Below, one piece after another: positions 38,412-46,751 of a stretch of DNA of 64,000 bases (position 1 is its first letter; every line of letters begins with the position of its first letter). Location of the stretch: positions 29,563-93,562 of the forward strand of contig JAWXBZ010000235.1 of the NCBI GenBank assembly GCA_034440375.1. The letters run 5' to 3'. Both the position numbers and the translations under genes were made by a program. This DNA is from Candidatus Eiseniibacteriota bacterium (lineage in GTDB: Bacteria; Eisenbacteria; RBG-16-71-46; JABDJR01; JAWXBZ01). Under the pieces are notes generated by a model. That model was not told the origin of the DNA. It worked only from the letters and a program-made list of their open reading frames with translations, and did not search any database.

Positions 38412-39494
38412 ATGGATTTGACGGCGGACAACGCGCAACGCGATGTTCACGCCACCGACGTCCTCATCGTCGGCGCCGGCCCGATCGGGCTTGAACTGGC
38501 CGTGGCGCTCAAGGGAGCCGGCGTTCCGTACGTGCAGGTCGACGCCGCGTCGATCGGTCACACGATCACCGGCTATCCCCGGCAGGCCCGATTCTTCTCC
38601 TCACCCGAGCGGATCGCCATTGCCGGCGTGCCGCTGGTCACCGTCGACCAATCGAAAACCAGCCGCGAGGAATACCTGGCCTACCTCCGCGGTGTCGTGG
38701 ACCAGTTCAATCTGGATGTGCGGACATTCGAGCGGGTCGTCGAGATACGGGTCGGCGCCGAGGGGCCGGGAAGATTTCGCGTGACGACACAATCGTCCGG
38801 TGGGACGCAACGCTACGAGGCGCGCCGGGTCGTCCTGGCCATCGGCGACATGGCCGACACGCGGCGCCTCGATATACCGGGTGAGGACCTGCCGCATGTC
38901 AGCCACCTGTTCGACGAGCCGCATCGCTACTTTCGCCGGCGACTGCTCATCGTGGGAGGCAAGAACTCGGCGGTGGAAGCTGCCATTCGATGCCATCGGG
39001 CCGGCGCGCGCGTCAGCCTGAGCTACCGGGGCGAGCGATTCCCCGAGAAGTCGGTCAAGTACTGGCTGCTGCCGGAGATCGAATCGTTTGTTGCGCAGGG
39101 GCACATCAAGTTTCTGCCGCGGACCGTGCCGGTGGTCATCGATGCCACGAAAGTGAGCCTGTCACGCCTCGATGAGCCGGCCGGCTCGGATCTCCTGCAA
39201 GTCCCGGCCGATTTCGTTCTGCTGCTCGTCGGTTATCGCGCCGACACGACGCTGTTCGAGATGGCCGGCGTGACGCTGGAGGGGGAGAACCGTGGCCCCC
39301 GGCACGACCCGGCCACGATGGAAACCGATGTGCCGGGGTTGTACGTCGCCGGGACGGCCGCCGCCGGCACGCAGCACCATTTCAAGCTGTTCATCGAGAA
39401 CAGCCACGTGCATGTGGATCGGATCTTGTCCCATTTGACGGGACGCCCGCTGCCAACGCGCGTTGCCAGGGGATTCAGCCTCCCCGAGAGTTAG
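38412..39494 (+). CDS. YpdA-family NAD(P)/FAD-dependent oxidoreductase (putative low-molecular-weight thiol disulfide reductase, Bdr/YpdA-like)
   Basis: Dinucleotide-binding DVLIVGAGPIGLELA. YPRQARFFSSPERIAIAGVP. Second Rossmann LLIVGGKNSAVEAAIRCHRAGARVSLSYRG. All closely parallel B. subtilis YpdA motifs. Confidence 0.7.
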   Translation: MDLTADNAQRDVHATDVLIVGAGPIGLELAVALKGAGVPYVQVDAASIGHTITGYPRQARFFSSPERIAIAGVPLVTVDQSKTSREEYLAYLRGVVDQFNLDVRTFERVVEIRVGAEGPGRFRVTTQSSGGTQRYEARRVVLAIGDMADTRRLDIPGEDLPHVSHLFDEPHRYFRRRLLIVGGKNSAVEAAIRCHRAGARVSLSYRGERFPEKSVKYWLLPEIESFVAQGHIKFLPRTVPVVIDATKVSLSRLDEPAGSDLLQVPADFVLLLVGYRADTTLFEMAGVTLEGENRGPRHDPATMETDVPGLYVAGTAAAGTQHHFKLFIENSHVHVDRILSHLTGRPLPTRVARGFSLPES

Positions 39495-39537
39495 GCTTTC
39501 ACGGTGCCAAACATCGACAAAGGCTCCCGGCGCCGCC

Positions 39538-40965
39538 TCACGTCTTCGGAATGGCTTCGAGCTTCTTCTTGAAGTTGGCGATGGCCCGCGGCGACCGCTG
39601 CGATTCCGGCATCGCCTCGGCGACCTGGATCGCTTTCTCCAGTGTCGCGCGGGCGTTCGCATTGTCGCCCATCGCCATCTGAATGTCCGCCCGAACGTCG
39701 AGCACGCGGAGCTGACGCGGGCCATAAACCAGGTCCAGCGCGCGCGAGTTCGCCTCGAGTGCCTTCGGGTAATCCTTCATCGCCTTGTAAGCCGCGGCGA
39801 GACGAGCCGGCGGATTGTAATCGGCCGGAAGATCCCTCTCCGCCTGGAGCAGGAAGGTTACGGCCTTGGCGGGTTCATTCAACTCGAGATAGGCCGATAG
39901 CCGGTGCGAATCGAAGACGGCGCGCGCCTCCGGCGTCGGCGCCCGCTTCGCTTCCTTGTCGAGGAAGTTGGCCCACTCACGCGTCAGCGCCAGCGCGCCG
40001 AGCGAATCGCCCAGGGCTTCACGGGCACCGATCAACGTGATGTAGATGCCGGACCGATCGTCGCCGGTGGCCGGAATGGTCGCATCGTTCAGGACTTTGC
40101 GCGAGGCGGCCTCAAACTCGGCCACGCGCTGCTTCCTCCCCTCGGCGTCGTCCGGCAGGTGGGCGGCCGCGTCCAGGCCGCTCGTGGCCACCGCCGCCGC
40201 CGAGGAGCCGTTGCCAAGCCGGGGCCACGCCTCGGTGGCCAGCTTCAGGATCGCCTGGTTGTCGCCGGTGTTCGACAGGCTGAACAGGGCCGACTCGACC
40301 GCGCGGCCGTAGGAGGCCCAGTCGTCCGGCGCCATGTCGATGGCCGTCCGGTAGACCACTGCGGCCATGGAATCCTGCTCGGCGGCATAGTAACGGTCGG
40401 CCCGCGCCAGAAGATCCGCCAGGAGGAGATCGTTGGCGCCACCAGAGCCTCCGGAAGTATTTTCCCTCTTGTCCGGATGAATTCCGGCCCACACCTGGGC
40501 TGGGTCGCCTCCCAGAAGCCCCGGGTTGGCCCAGGCGTTTTCGACGAGGCGGTGCCCGTCATTCAGAATTCGCTTGAGGCCGGGAACCGTGGCTCCGCCA
40601 ACCCAGCGAAGTGCGATGCGCTCGCTATCCGGTTCGACGATGAAATAGGTCGGCAGGGCTCGAAGCGGATACTTCTCGAGCACGTACGCGTTCTCGGGGC
40701 GGTCGGTGTCGATCTCGAGCCAGACGAACCGTCCGGCTTCGCTCGCGAGGGCGGGGTCGGTGAAGACCACGGCTCTCATCGAGCGGCACGAGTGTCACCA
40801 GGGTGCCCAGGCTTCGATGAAGATCGGAAGCCGTTTCTCGCGGGCTTGTGTCAACGCAATCTTGTAATCGTCGACGAAGGGGAGAACCGGGCCGGCGCTG
40901 GCTACCGTCACAGCGGCCATCGACAGCACGACATGGGCCACGAGGGCCAGGCGCAGGTGTTTCAT
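39538..40965 (-). CDS. Exported thioredoxin_7-like (YyaL/DUF255-type) domain fused to C-terminal TPR repeats, containing an in-frame TGA (40795-40797, codon 57) at the first Cys of the redox motif: candidate UxxC selenoprotein (alternatively a very recent pseudogene)
   Basis: From ATG 40965: MKHLRLALVAHVVLSMAAVTVASAGP (signal)...EKRLPIFIEAWAPW-[TGA]-HSCRSMRAVVFTDPALASEAGRFVWLEIDTDRPENAYVLEKYPLRALPTYFIVEP. This matches the thioredoxin_7 pattern (KPIFL..CHWC..ESF.D..VA..LN..FV.IKVDREE.PD) with TGA in place of the first Cys. The frame is unbroken afterwards. The ORF track only reports the downstream part (39538..40779). Confidence 0.6.
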
Positions 40966-41045
40966 GCCGTCATGCTACCAGACACGGAGTTCGAAAGTCA
41001 GCCGCCACTGGACGCCGGAAGCCACAACGGTTACAACTTGCCGCC

Positions 41046-43694
41046 ATGAGCCTGGCCGCCGGGACCCGCCTGGGTCCCTACGAAATTGCCTCCCCCCTCG
41101 GCGTCGGGGGAATGGGCGAAGTGTATCGAGCCCGCGACACCCGCCTTGGCCGCGATGTGGCCATCAAGGTCCTTCCGCCTCATCTGGCAGATTCGGCTGA
41201 CAGCCGGGCCCGCTTCGAGCGGGAAGCGAAGGCCATCTCCAGCCTGAACCACCCCCACATCTGCACACTTTTTGATGTCGGCCGTGAGGGGGAGACCGAC
41301 TACCTCGTCATGGAGCTCGTCGAGGGGGAGACACTGCAAAAGCGCCTGGAGCGTGGGCCCCTGCCGACCGACGAGGTGCTGAAGCTTGGCATGCAGATCG
41401 CAGATGCCCTCGACAAGGCGCACCGGCAGAACATGGTTCACCGCGATCTGAAGCCGGCCAACGTCATGCTGACCCGGACCGGCGCCAAGCTCCTGGACTT
41501 CGGCCTGGCTCGCGCCACCGGCCTCGCCGGAAACGTCAGCGAGCTGACCAGTTCGCCCACGATGACCCGGGCGTTGACCACCGAGGGGACCATCGTCGGT
41601 ACGTTTCAGTACATGTCGCCGGAACAGCTGGAGGGGCAGGAAGCCGACGCCCGCAGCGACATCTGGGCTCTCGGTGTGACCTTGTACGAAGCGGTGACCG
41701 GCAAGCGCGCCTTCGAGGGACGAAGCCAGGCCTCGCTGATCGGCTCGATCATGAACACCGAGCCGAGTCCGGTCACCAGCGTAGCCACACTGGCGCCGCC
41801 GACGCTGGAACGATTGATTCGCGGGTGCATGACCAAGGATCCCGACGAGCGGATTCAGACGGCTCATGACGTCAAGCTGCAGCTCCAGTGGATACAGGAA
41901 GGCGGGTCGCAGGCCGGCATTCCGCTACCGGTGGCGGCGCGCCGGCGTTCCCGCGAGCGGGTGCTGGTGATCGCCACGGTCGTATCGGCCCTGGCGACGG
42001 CGGTGCTGGCGGCCAAGATGATGCTGACGCAGGAACCCGAGTCTCCGGTGTACCGCTTCGAAATTCCGCCACCGTCCGGCATCCGGTTCATGGATGCGCC
42101 CCGCATTTCCCCCGACGGAAGGATGATCGCCTACAACGCCACCGACTCCGTCGGTGTGTCGCGCATCTATCTGCGCCCGCTCGATGCGCTGGTGGCCCGG
42201 CCGCTCGGCGGCACCGAGGGGACGCTGCGCCCCTTCTGGTCGCCGGACAGCCGCTTCCTCGGATTCATGGCCGGCGGCAAGTTGAAGAAGGTGGAAGTGA
42301 CCGGAGCCCCGCCCATCGTGGTCTGTGATGCCCCGACCGGGGCGGACGGCTCCTGGGGCGTGAAGGGGGACATTCTCTTCGACGGCCGCGCGGACGATCC
42401 GATCCGGCAGGTCTCTTCCGGAGGTGGCGTGCCGGTCCTGGCGGTCGGTCGGGATACGGTCAAGAATGTCACCCAGGTCGGCTGGCCGGAATTTCTTCCG
42501 GACGGGCGTCACTATCTCTTCCTGGCCATCGGCGCGAATTCGCGGCTGGCGGTCGGCGAGCTGGGCTCCACGAAGATCGTCGATCTCGGTCCCTGCGATT
42601 CCCAGATCAAGTTCGTGCCGCCGGGACACATCCTGTTTTCCCGGGGCGGCACGCTGGTGGCCCAGCGGTTCGATGCCGGGTCGCTCAAGTTTCGGGGTGA
42701 TCCGGTGCCGATCGCCGAGAAGGTGTCGACCGACGCCATCGGAACCTCCGAGTTTCATGCCTCCGACAACGGCATCCTGGTTTTCTCGACCCGGCGCGCC
42801 CAGCGGGGGCGACTGGTGCGCCTCGACCGCGAGGGGCGCGAACTGGGCGTGGTCAACGCCCCGGCCTCGGGCTTTCATCCGGCCCTCTCGCCGGACGGGC
42901 GCCGCCTGGTGTTTCGAGCCGTCGATGACGTCTCGCGCAGCCGTGATCTCTGGCTGGTCGACCTGGTCCGCGATGTCGCGACCCGATTCAGCCATGACGT
43001 CGGCAATGAGAATTACCCGGTCTGGTCGCCGGACGGCCGCAAGGTCATTTATTACTCCGATGGAGTCGGATCGGCGGGCCTGTATCGGAAGGACGTGACC
43101 GGTGCCGGCAAGAGCGAGATGATTTATCCCTTTTCGACCAGCGAATGTATCCCGACCTGTTGGTCCGCCGATGGCCGGCTGCTCTTCTTCGACCGCGCCG
43201 GCGTCGAGGGGCGCAGGGATATCTACGTGCTCGACTTGACCCGCCCTGGCTCCGAGCCGACGGCGTTCCTGGATGCGCCCTTTGATGAATGGCAGTCCAC
43301 GCTTTCGCCCGATGGCCGCTACCTGGCCTATACCTCGTTCGAATCGGGGCGCAACGAGGTGTACGTGCAATCGTATCCGGACCGCGCGGACAAGTGGCAG
43401 GTTTCGACCCACGGCGGCAATGAACCGACCTGGAGTGCCGATGGCCGCCAGCTCTATTACCTGTCGGCGGAGCAGAACATGATGTCGGTGTCGACCGGCA
43501 ATGGCCAGGGGTTCGAACCCGGCGTGGCCGAGCGGCTCTTCGCGGCCGTCGTGCTGCAGGCAGACGGGCCTCGCGTCCACTACGTCGTCACGCCCGACGG
43601 TGGGACGTTTTACATCGTGGCCCCGGGCAGCTCCCAGGCATTGCCGAGCACCTACGTGGTCGTGAACTGGTCGAAGGCGTTTCAGCAATCCTGA
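41046..43694 (+). CDS. Serine/threonine protein kinase with C-terminal TolB-like (PD40/WD40-like) beta-propeller
   Basis: Kinase subdomains (GVGGMGEVYRA...VAIKVL...HRDLKPANVML...DFGLA...GTFQYMSPEQ). One TM helix (VLVIATVVSALATAVLAA). Then repeated PD40-like units (SPDGR...). ATG at 41046. Confidence 0.85.
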   Translation: MSLAAGTRLGPYEIASPLGVGGMGEVYRARDTRLGRDVAIKVLPPHLADSADSRARFEREAKAISSLNHPHICTLFDVGREGETDYLVMELVEGETLQKRLERGPLPTDEVLKLGMQIADALDKAHRQNMVHRDLKPANVMLTRTGAKLLDFGLARATGLAGNVSELTSSPTMTRALTTEGTIVGTFQYMSPEQLEGQEADARSDIWALGVTLYEAVTGKRAFEGRSQASLIGSIMNTEPSPVTSVATLAPPTLERLIRGCMTKDPDERIQTAHDVKLQLQWIQEGGSQAGIPLPVAARRRSRERVLVIATVVSALATAVLAAKMMLTQEPESPVYRFEIPPPSGIRFMDAPRISPDGRMIAYNATDSVGVSRIYLRPLDALVARPLGGTEGTLRPFWSPDSRFLGFMAGGKLKKVEVTGAPPIVVCDAPTGADGSWGVKGDILFDGRADDPIRQVSSGGGVPVLAVGRDTVKNVTQVGWPEFLPDGRHYLFLAIGANSRLAVGELGSTKIVDLGPCDSQIKFVPPGHILFSRGGTLVAQRFDAGSLKFRGDPVPIAEKVSTDAIGTSEFHASDNGILVFSTRRAQRGRLVRLDREGRELGVVNAPASGFHPALSPDGRRLVFRAVDDVSRSRDLWLVDLVRDVATRFSHDVGNENYPVWSPDGRKVIYYSDGVGSAGLYRKDVTGAGKSEMIYPFSTSECIPTCWSADGRLLFFDRAGVEGRRDIYVLDLTRPGSEPTAFLDAPFDEWQSTLSPDGRYLAYTSFESGRNEVYVQSYPDRADKWQVSTHGGNEPTWSADGRQLYYLSAEQNMMSVSTGNGQGFEPGVAERLFAAVVLQADGPRVHYVVTPDGGTFYIVAPGSSQALPSTYVVVNWSKAFQQS

Positions 43695-43721
43695 TCAAAA
43701 GCCCCGGATTGCCACGCCCGG

Positions 43722-46505
43722 TCATGGCAGCGTGGTCAGATCCCCCGCGACGATCGTATTGAGCTTTGCCGGGTCGAGGTGTTTTTTCAGGGCGGCGTCG
43801 ACTTCCGCCTTCGTGACGCGGCGGAAGCGCTCCGGATATTCGTCGAGATAGCCGGGGCCGAAGCCGAATTTCTCCGCCTCGACCAGCGCCCGCGCGACGC
43901 CGGCATTCGAGCCGAGCCGTACCTGGTAATTGCCGGCGAAGTAACTCTTGCCGGTGGCCACCTCCGCCTCGGTGATCCCTTCCTTCGCGTACGCCCGGAT
44001 CACTTCCATCGTCGAGGCCATCGCCTTGGATAGATTTTGCGGGGCCACGTTGACATTGACCAGCCAGAGCCCGTCGAGTGCGTCGGTCCAGGTGAATCGA
44101 GAGGAGAGGCTGTACGACAGCCCTTCGGTATCACGCACTCGTTTGCCGATCCGGGAGGAAAGGGAGTTCTGGCCGAGCGCGGCATTGGCGATCAGCGCCG
44201 CCTCGAAATCGGAATCGGTGCGACGGAGGCCGGACGCCTGTCCGGCGATGAAGTTCATGTTGGCCTTGCCCGGAATCGTCACCACGGACTTCTGTGCTGC
44301 CTTCGGTGAGATGCGGGGTGCTTCCAGCGCGGGGGGGACGCCCCTGGGCAGGCCGGCAAAAAAAGCCTCGACCTTGGCCGCTACATCCTCCGCCTTGATA
44401 TCTCCCACGATCGCCAGCTTCAGCGAGCTCCCGACGATGCGACTCTTGTGCCAGGCGCGGAGGTCGTCCAGCGTCGTGGTCTTCATGGCCAGAAGGAGCT
44501 GGGTATGCTCGCTCTGGCGATAGGGATGACCTTCCGGATAGACGATCCGCGACAGTTGTTCGGTGGCGCGCTGTCCGGTGTTCTCGGCGGCGTCCAAGAT
44601 ATCCGACTGATATTCGGCCAGTACCTTGGTGTACTCGGAGTCGGGAAACGAGGGGTTCTTGAGCTGATCGGCCAGGATGTCGAGCAACAGATCGATATCG
44701 CGCGACATCCCGTTGCCGGTGATGAACATCTCCAGCGCCCCCGTCCCGATGAACAGGTTGGCGCCGGCCCTGGCCAACTGGTCACCGATCGTCTTCTTGT
44801 CGCGGCTTGTGGTGCCTCGCTCCATCATCATGCCGGTCAGGGTCGGCACGCCCGGCTTTCCGGTCGGGGCTGTCACCTGGCCGGCCAGCAAGAGGCCTGA
44901 GATGGCCACCGTTGGCACCGCGTGATTCTCGACCACGTCGAGGACGATACCGTTGGAAAGGACCCGGTGTGTCGTCCGCTCGGCAAACGTGCCGGCGCTG
45001 CCGGCGGCCGCGGTTATCGAACTGCCAAAGGACGCTGCGGTGCCCGGTCCATCCGAACCATCCGGCCTGGCCAAAGCGGTGTTCATGGCCTCGGCGGCCG
45101 CTTTCAACGGGGCCATCTGCTCGGCGCTGGTCGGCACGAACCAGCCGACCGTGGCGCGATCCGGAATGAGATAGAGGGAGGCCACCCGCTTCACATCTGC
45201 GGCCGAGACCGCTTTCATCCGATCGATGTAGGTGACGAACCATTTCCAGTCAGCCGATGCCACCGCCTCACCGAGGCTCGAGCAAAGGGGAAAGGTGCCG
45301 TCGCGGCCCCGGATGACGGCCACCTCGATCTGCTTGCGCGCCCGTTCCATTTCTGCGGCGGAAACGCCTTCCAGCGCCAGGCGGGCCAGCGTGGCCTTGA
45401 TGGTCTCCTCCACCTCGGCGTGATTCTTCCCCGGGGCCACCTGCACATCGATCATCAACGGGTAGGGGTCCCGGAAGGTGAAGTTGGTGGCAAACGCGGA
45501 GGTGGCCAGCCCCGTTTCGACGAGTGACTGATACAGCCGGCTGTTGACGCCGTCCGAGAGAATCGAGTTCAGCACTTCCATCGGCATGAAATCCGGGTGC
45601 ATGGATCCGGGGCGCAGGTAGCCGATCTGCACGATGCCGACGGAACCCGGGCGCTTGATGGTGACCCGGCGTTCGCCTTCCTGCGGCGGCTCGACGGTAA
45701 TGATCTTCGGAATCGGCCGTTCCGATTTCGGGAAGGAGCCGAATTCGCGGTCAAAGAGGGTCAACGCCGACTCCAGGTCGAAGTCGCCGACCAGGATGGC
45801 CGTGGCATTGTCCGGATGAAAATAGGTGTCGTAGTGCTCGCGAAGCTTTTCAGTCGGCACCCCTTCGATATCGGAGCGGTAGCCGATCGTGTCCCAGTGA
45901 TAGGGGTGCGCCACGATGGCCGCGCCGATCACCGCCTTCCAGAGCGCCTGATCCGGATCGTTCTCGCCGATCTCGTACTCGTTCCGCACCACCGACATTT
46001 CCGGCTGGCGCTCCGCATCGAGAAGGAGGCCCCGCCCGAGACGGTCCGCTTCAATTTTCAGTGCCAGCTCGAGCTGGGATTTCGGCAGCGTCGAGTAGCC
46101 GGTCATCCGATCGTTCCAGGTCGTCATGTTGGTGGAGCTGAAATCGGCCCCGGCCGCGTACAAGATTTCCTGAAACGTCGGGTGGCCGTTGGCCTTGCCG
46201 TAATTCAGCGTGCTCTTGTTGAAGAGGAGATGTTCAAGCAGGTGCGCCGACCCGGTATTTCCCGGCGCCTCATTCCGGCTTCCGACGCCGTACACCACCA
46301 TGAAACTGAACACGGGCGCCGCCGGATTGTGCGACACGAGGATCGTCATCCCGTTCGACTTGAGCCGGTAGGGCGAGATGCCGCCGAACGGCTCGAGGGA
46401 TTCGATGTTGGGGGGGAGGGCGGCGAGAGCGGGGTCCGTCGCGGCGGCCATCAACAGCAGGGCCAGTGGGGCGAGGAACCGCCCCGACGTCAAACGATTC
46501 AGCAT
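43722..46505 (-). CDS. M16 family zinc metallopeptidase, two-unit (PqqL-like), with signal peptide
   Basis: Signal MLNRLTSGRFLAPLALLLMAAATDPALAA. Inverted zinc motif HLLEH (GSAHLLEHLLFNKST). Second M16 unit in the C-terminal half. 927 aa. Confidence 0.85.
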   Translation of the reverse strand: MLNRLTSGRFLAPLALLLMAAATDPALAALPPNIESLEPFGGISPYRLKSNGMTILVSHNPAAPVFSFMVVYGVGSRNEAPGNTGSAHLLEHLLFNKSTLNYGKANGHPTFQEILYAAGADFSSTNMTTWNDRMTGYSTLPKSQLELALKIEADRLGRGLLLDAERQPEMSVVRNEYEIGENDPDQALWKAVIGAAIVAHPYHWDTIGYRSDIEGVPTEKLREHYDTYFHPDNATAILVGDFDLESALTLFDREFGSFPKSERPIPKIITVEPPQEGERRVTIKRPGSVGIVQIGYLRPGSMHPDFMPMEVLNSILSDGVNSRLYQSLVETGLATSAFATNFTFRDPYPLMIDVQVAPGKNHAEVEETIKATLARLALEGVSAAEMERARKQIEVAVIRGRDGTFPLCSSLGEAVASADWKWFVTYIDRMKAVSAADVKRVASLYLIPDRATVGWFVPTSAEQMAPLKAAAEAMNTALARPDGSDGPGTAASFGSSITAAAGSAGTFAERTTHRVLSNGIVLDVVENHAVPTVAISGLLLAGQVTAPTGKPGVPTLTGMMMERGTTSRDKKTIGDQLARAGANLFIGTGALEMFITGNGMSRDIDLLLDILADQLKNPSFPDSEYTKVLAEYQSDILDAAENTGQRATEQLSRIVYPEGHPYRQSEHTQLLLAMKTTTLDDLRAWHKSRIVGSSLKLAIVGDIKAEDVAAKVEAFFAGLPRGVPPALEAPRISPKAAQKSVVTIPGKANMNFIAGQASGLRRTDSDFEAALIANAALGQNSLSSRIGKRVRDTEGLSYSLSSRFTWTDALDGLWLVNVNVAPQNLSKAMASTMEVIRAYAKEGITEAEVATGKSYFAGNYQVRLGSNAGVARALVEAEKFGFGPGYLDEYPERFRRVTKAEVDAALKKHLDPAKLNTIVAGDLTTLP

Positions 46506-46751
46506 CGATCAGCTCCTGGTTTGTCCGGTGCCAATAGAAAACAGGGTCCTGTCGGGTCGGTCGAGCGCGCGAGGGGGAAGGGGCGAGACTATAAACGAAT
46601 CAGGTGCCTGCGGCGACTGCCACAAACGGGTAGAGGACGCGCCGTCCGCGGGTTTTGTTCAACCACCCCCGATCCGCCGGGACCGGCTATAGTCATCCCC
46701 ATCTTGACAACTCTCCGGGCCGCCTGTCATCCATGCCGTGAGCTCCTGCCG

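Noticed and set aside
41925-43688. 587-aa minus-strand ORF
   Set aside because: Antisense to the Ser/Thr kinase-TolB gene. No domains.
46703-46731. TTGACA hexamer as a sigma-70 -35 box upstream of the FG-GAP gene
   Set aside because: No acceptable -10 element at 16-18 bp spacing. Promoter consensus for this lineage is unknown.
45597-46751. N-terminal 385 codons of the 1202-aa plus-strand ORF
   Set aside because: This part overlaps the M16 peptidase gene on the opposite strand and has no homology. The real FG-GAP gene most likely starts at GTG 46752 (or TTG 46704) with a signal peptide.
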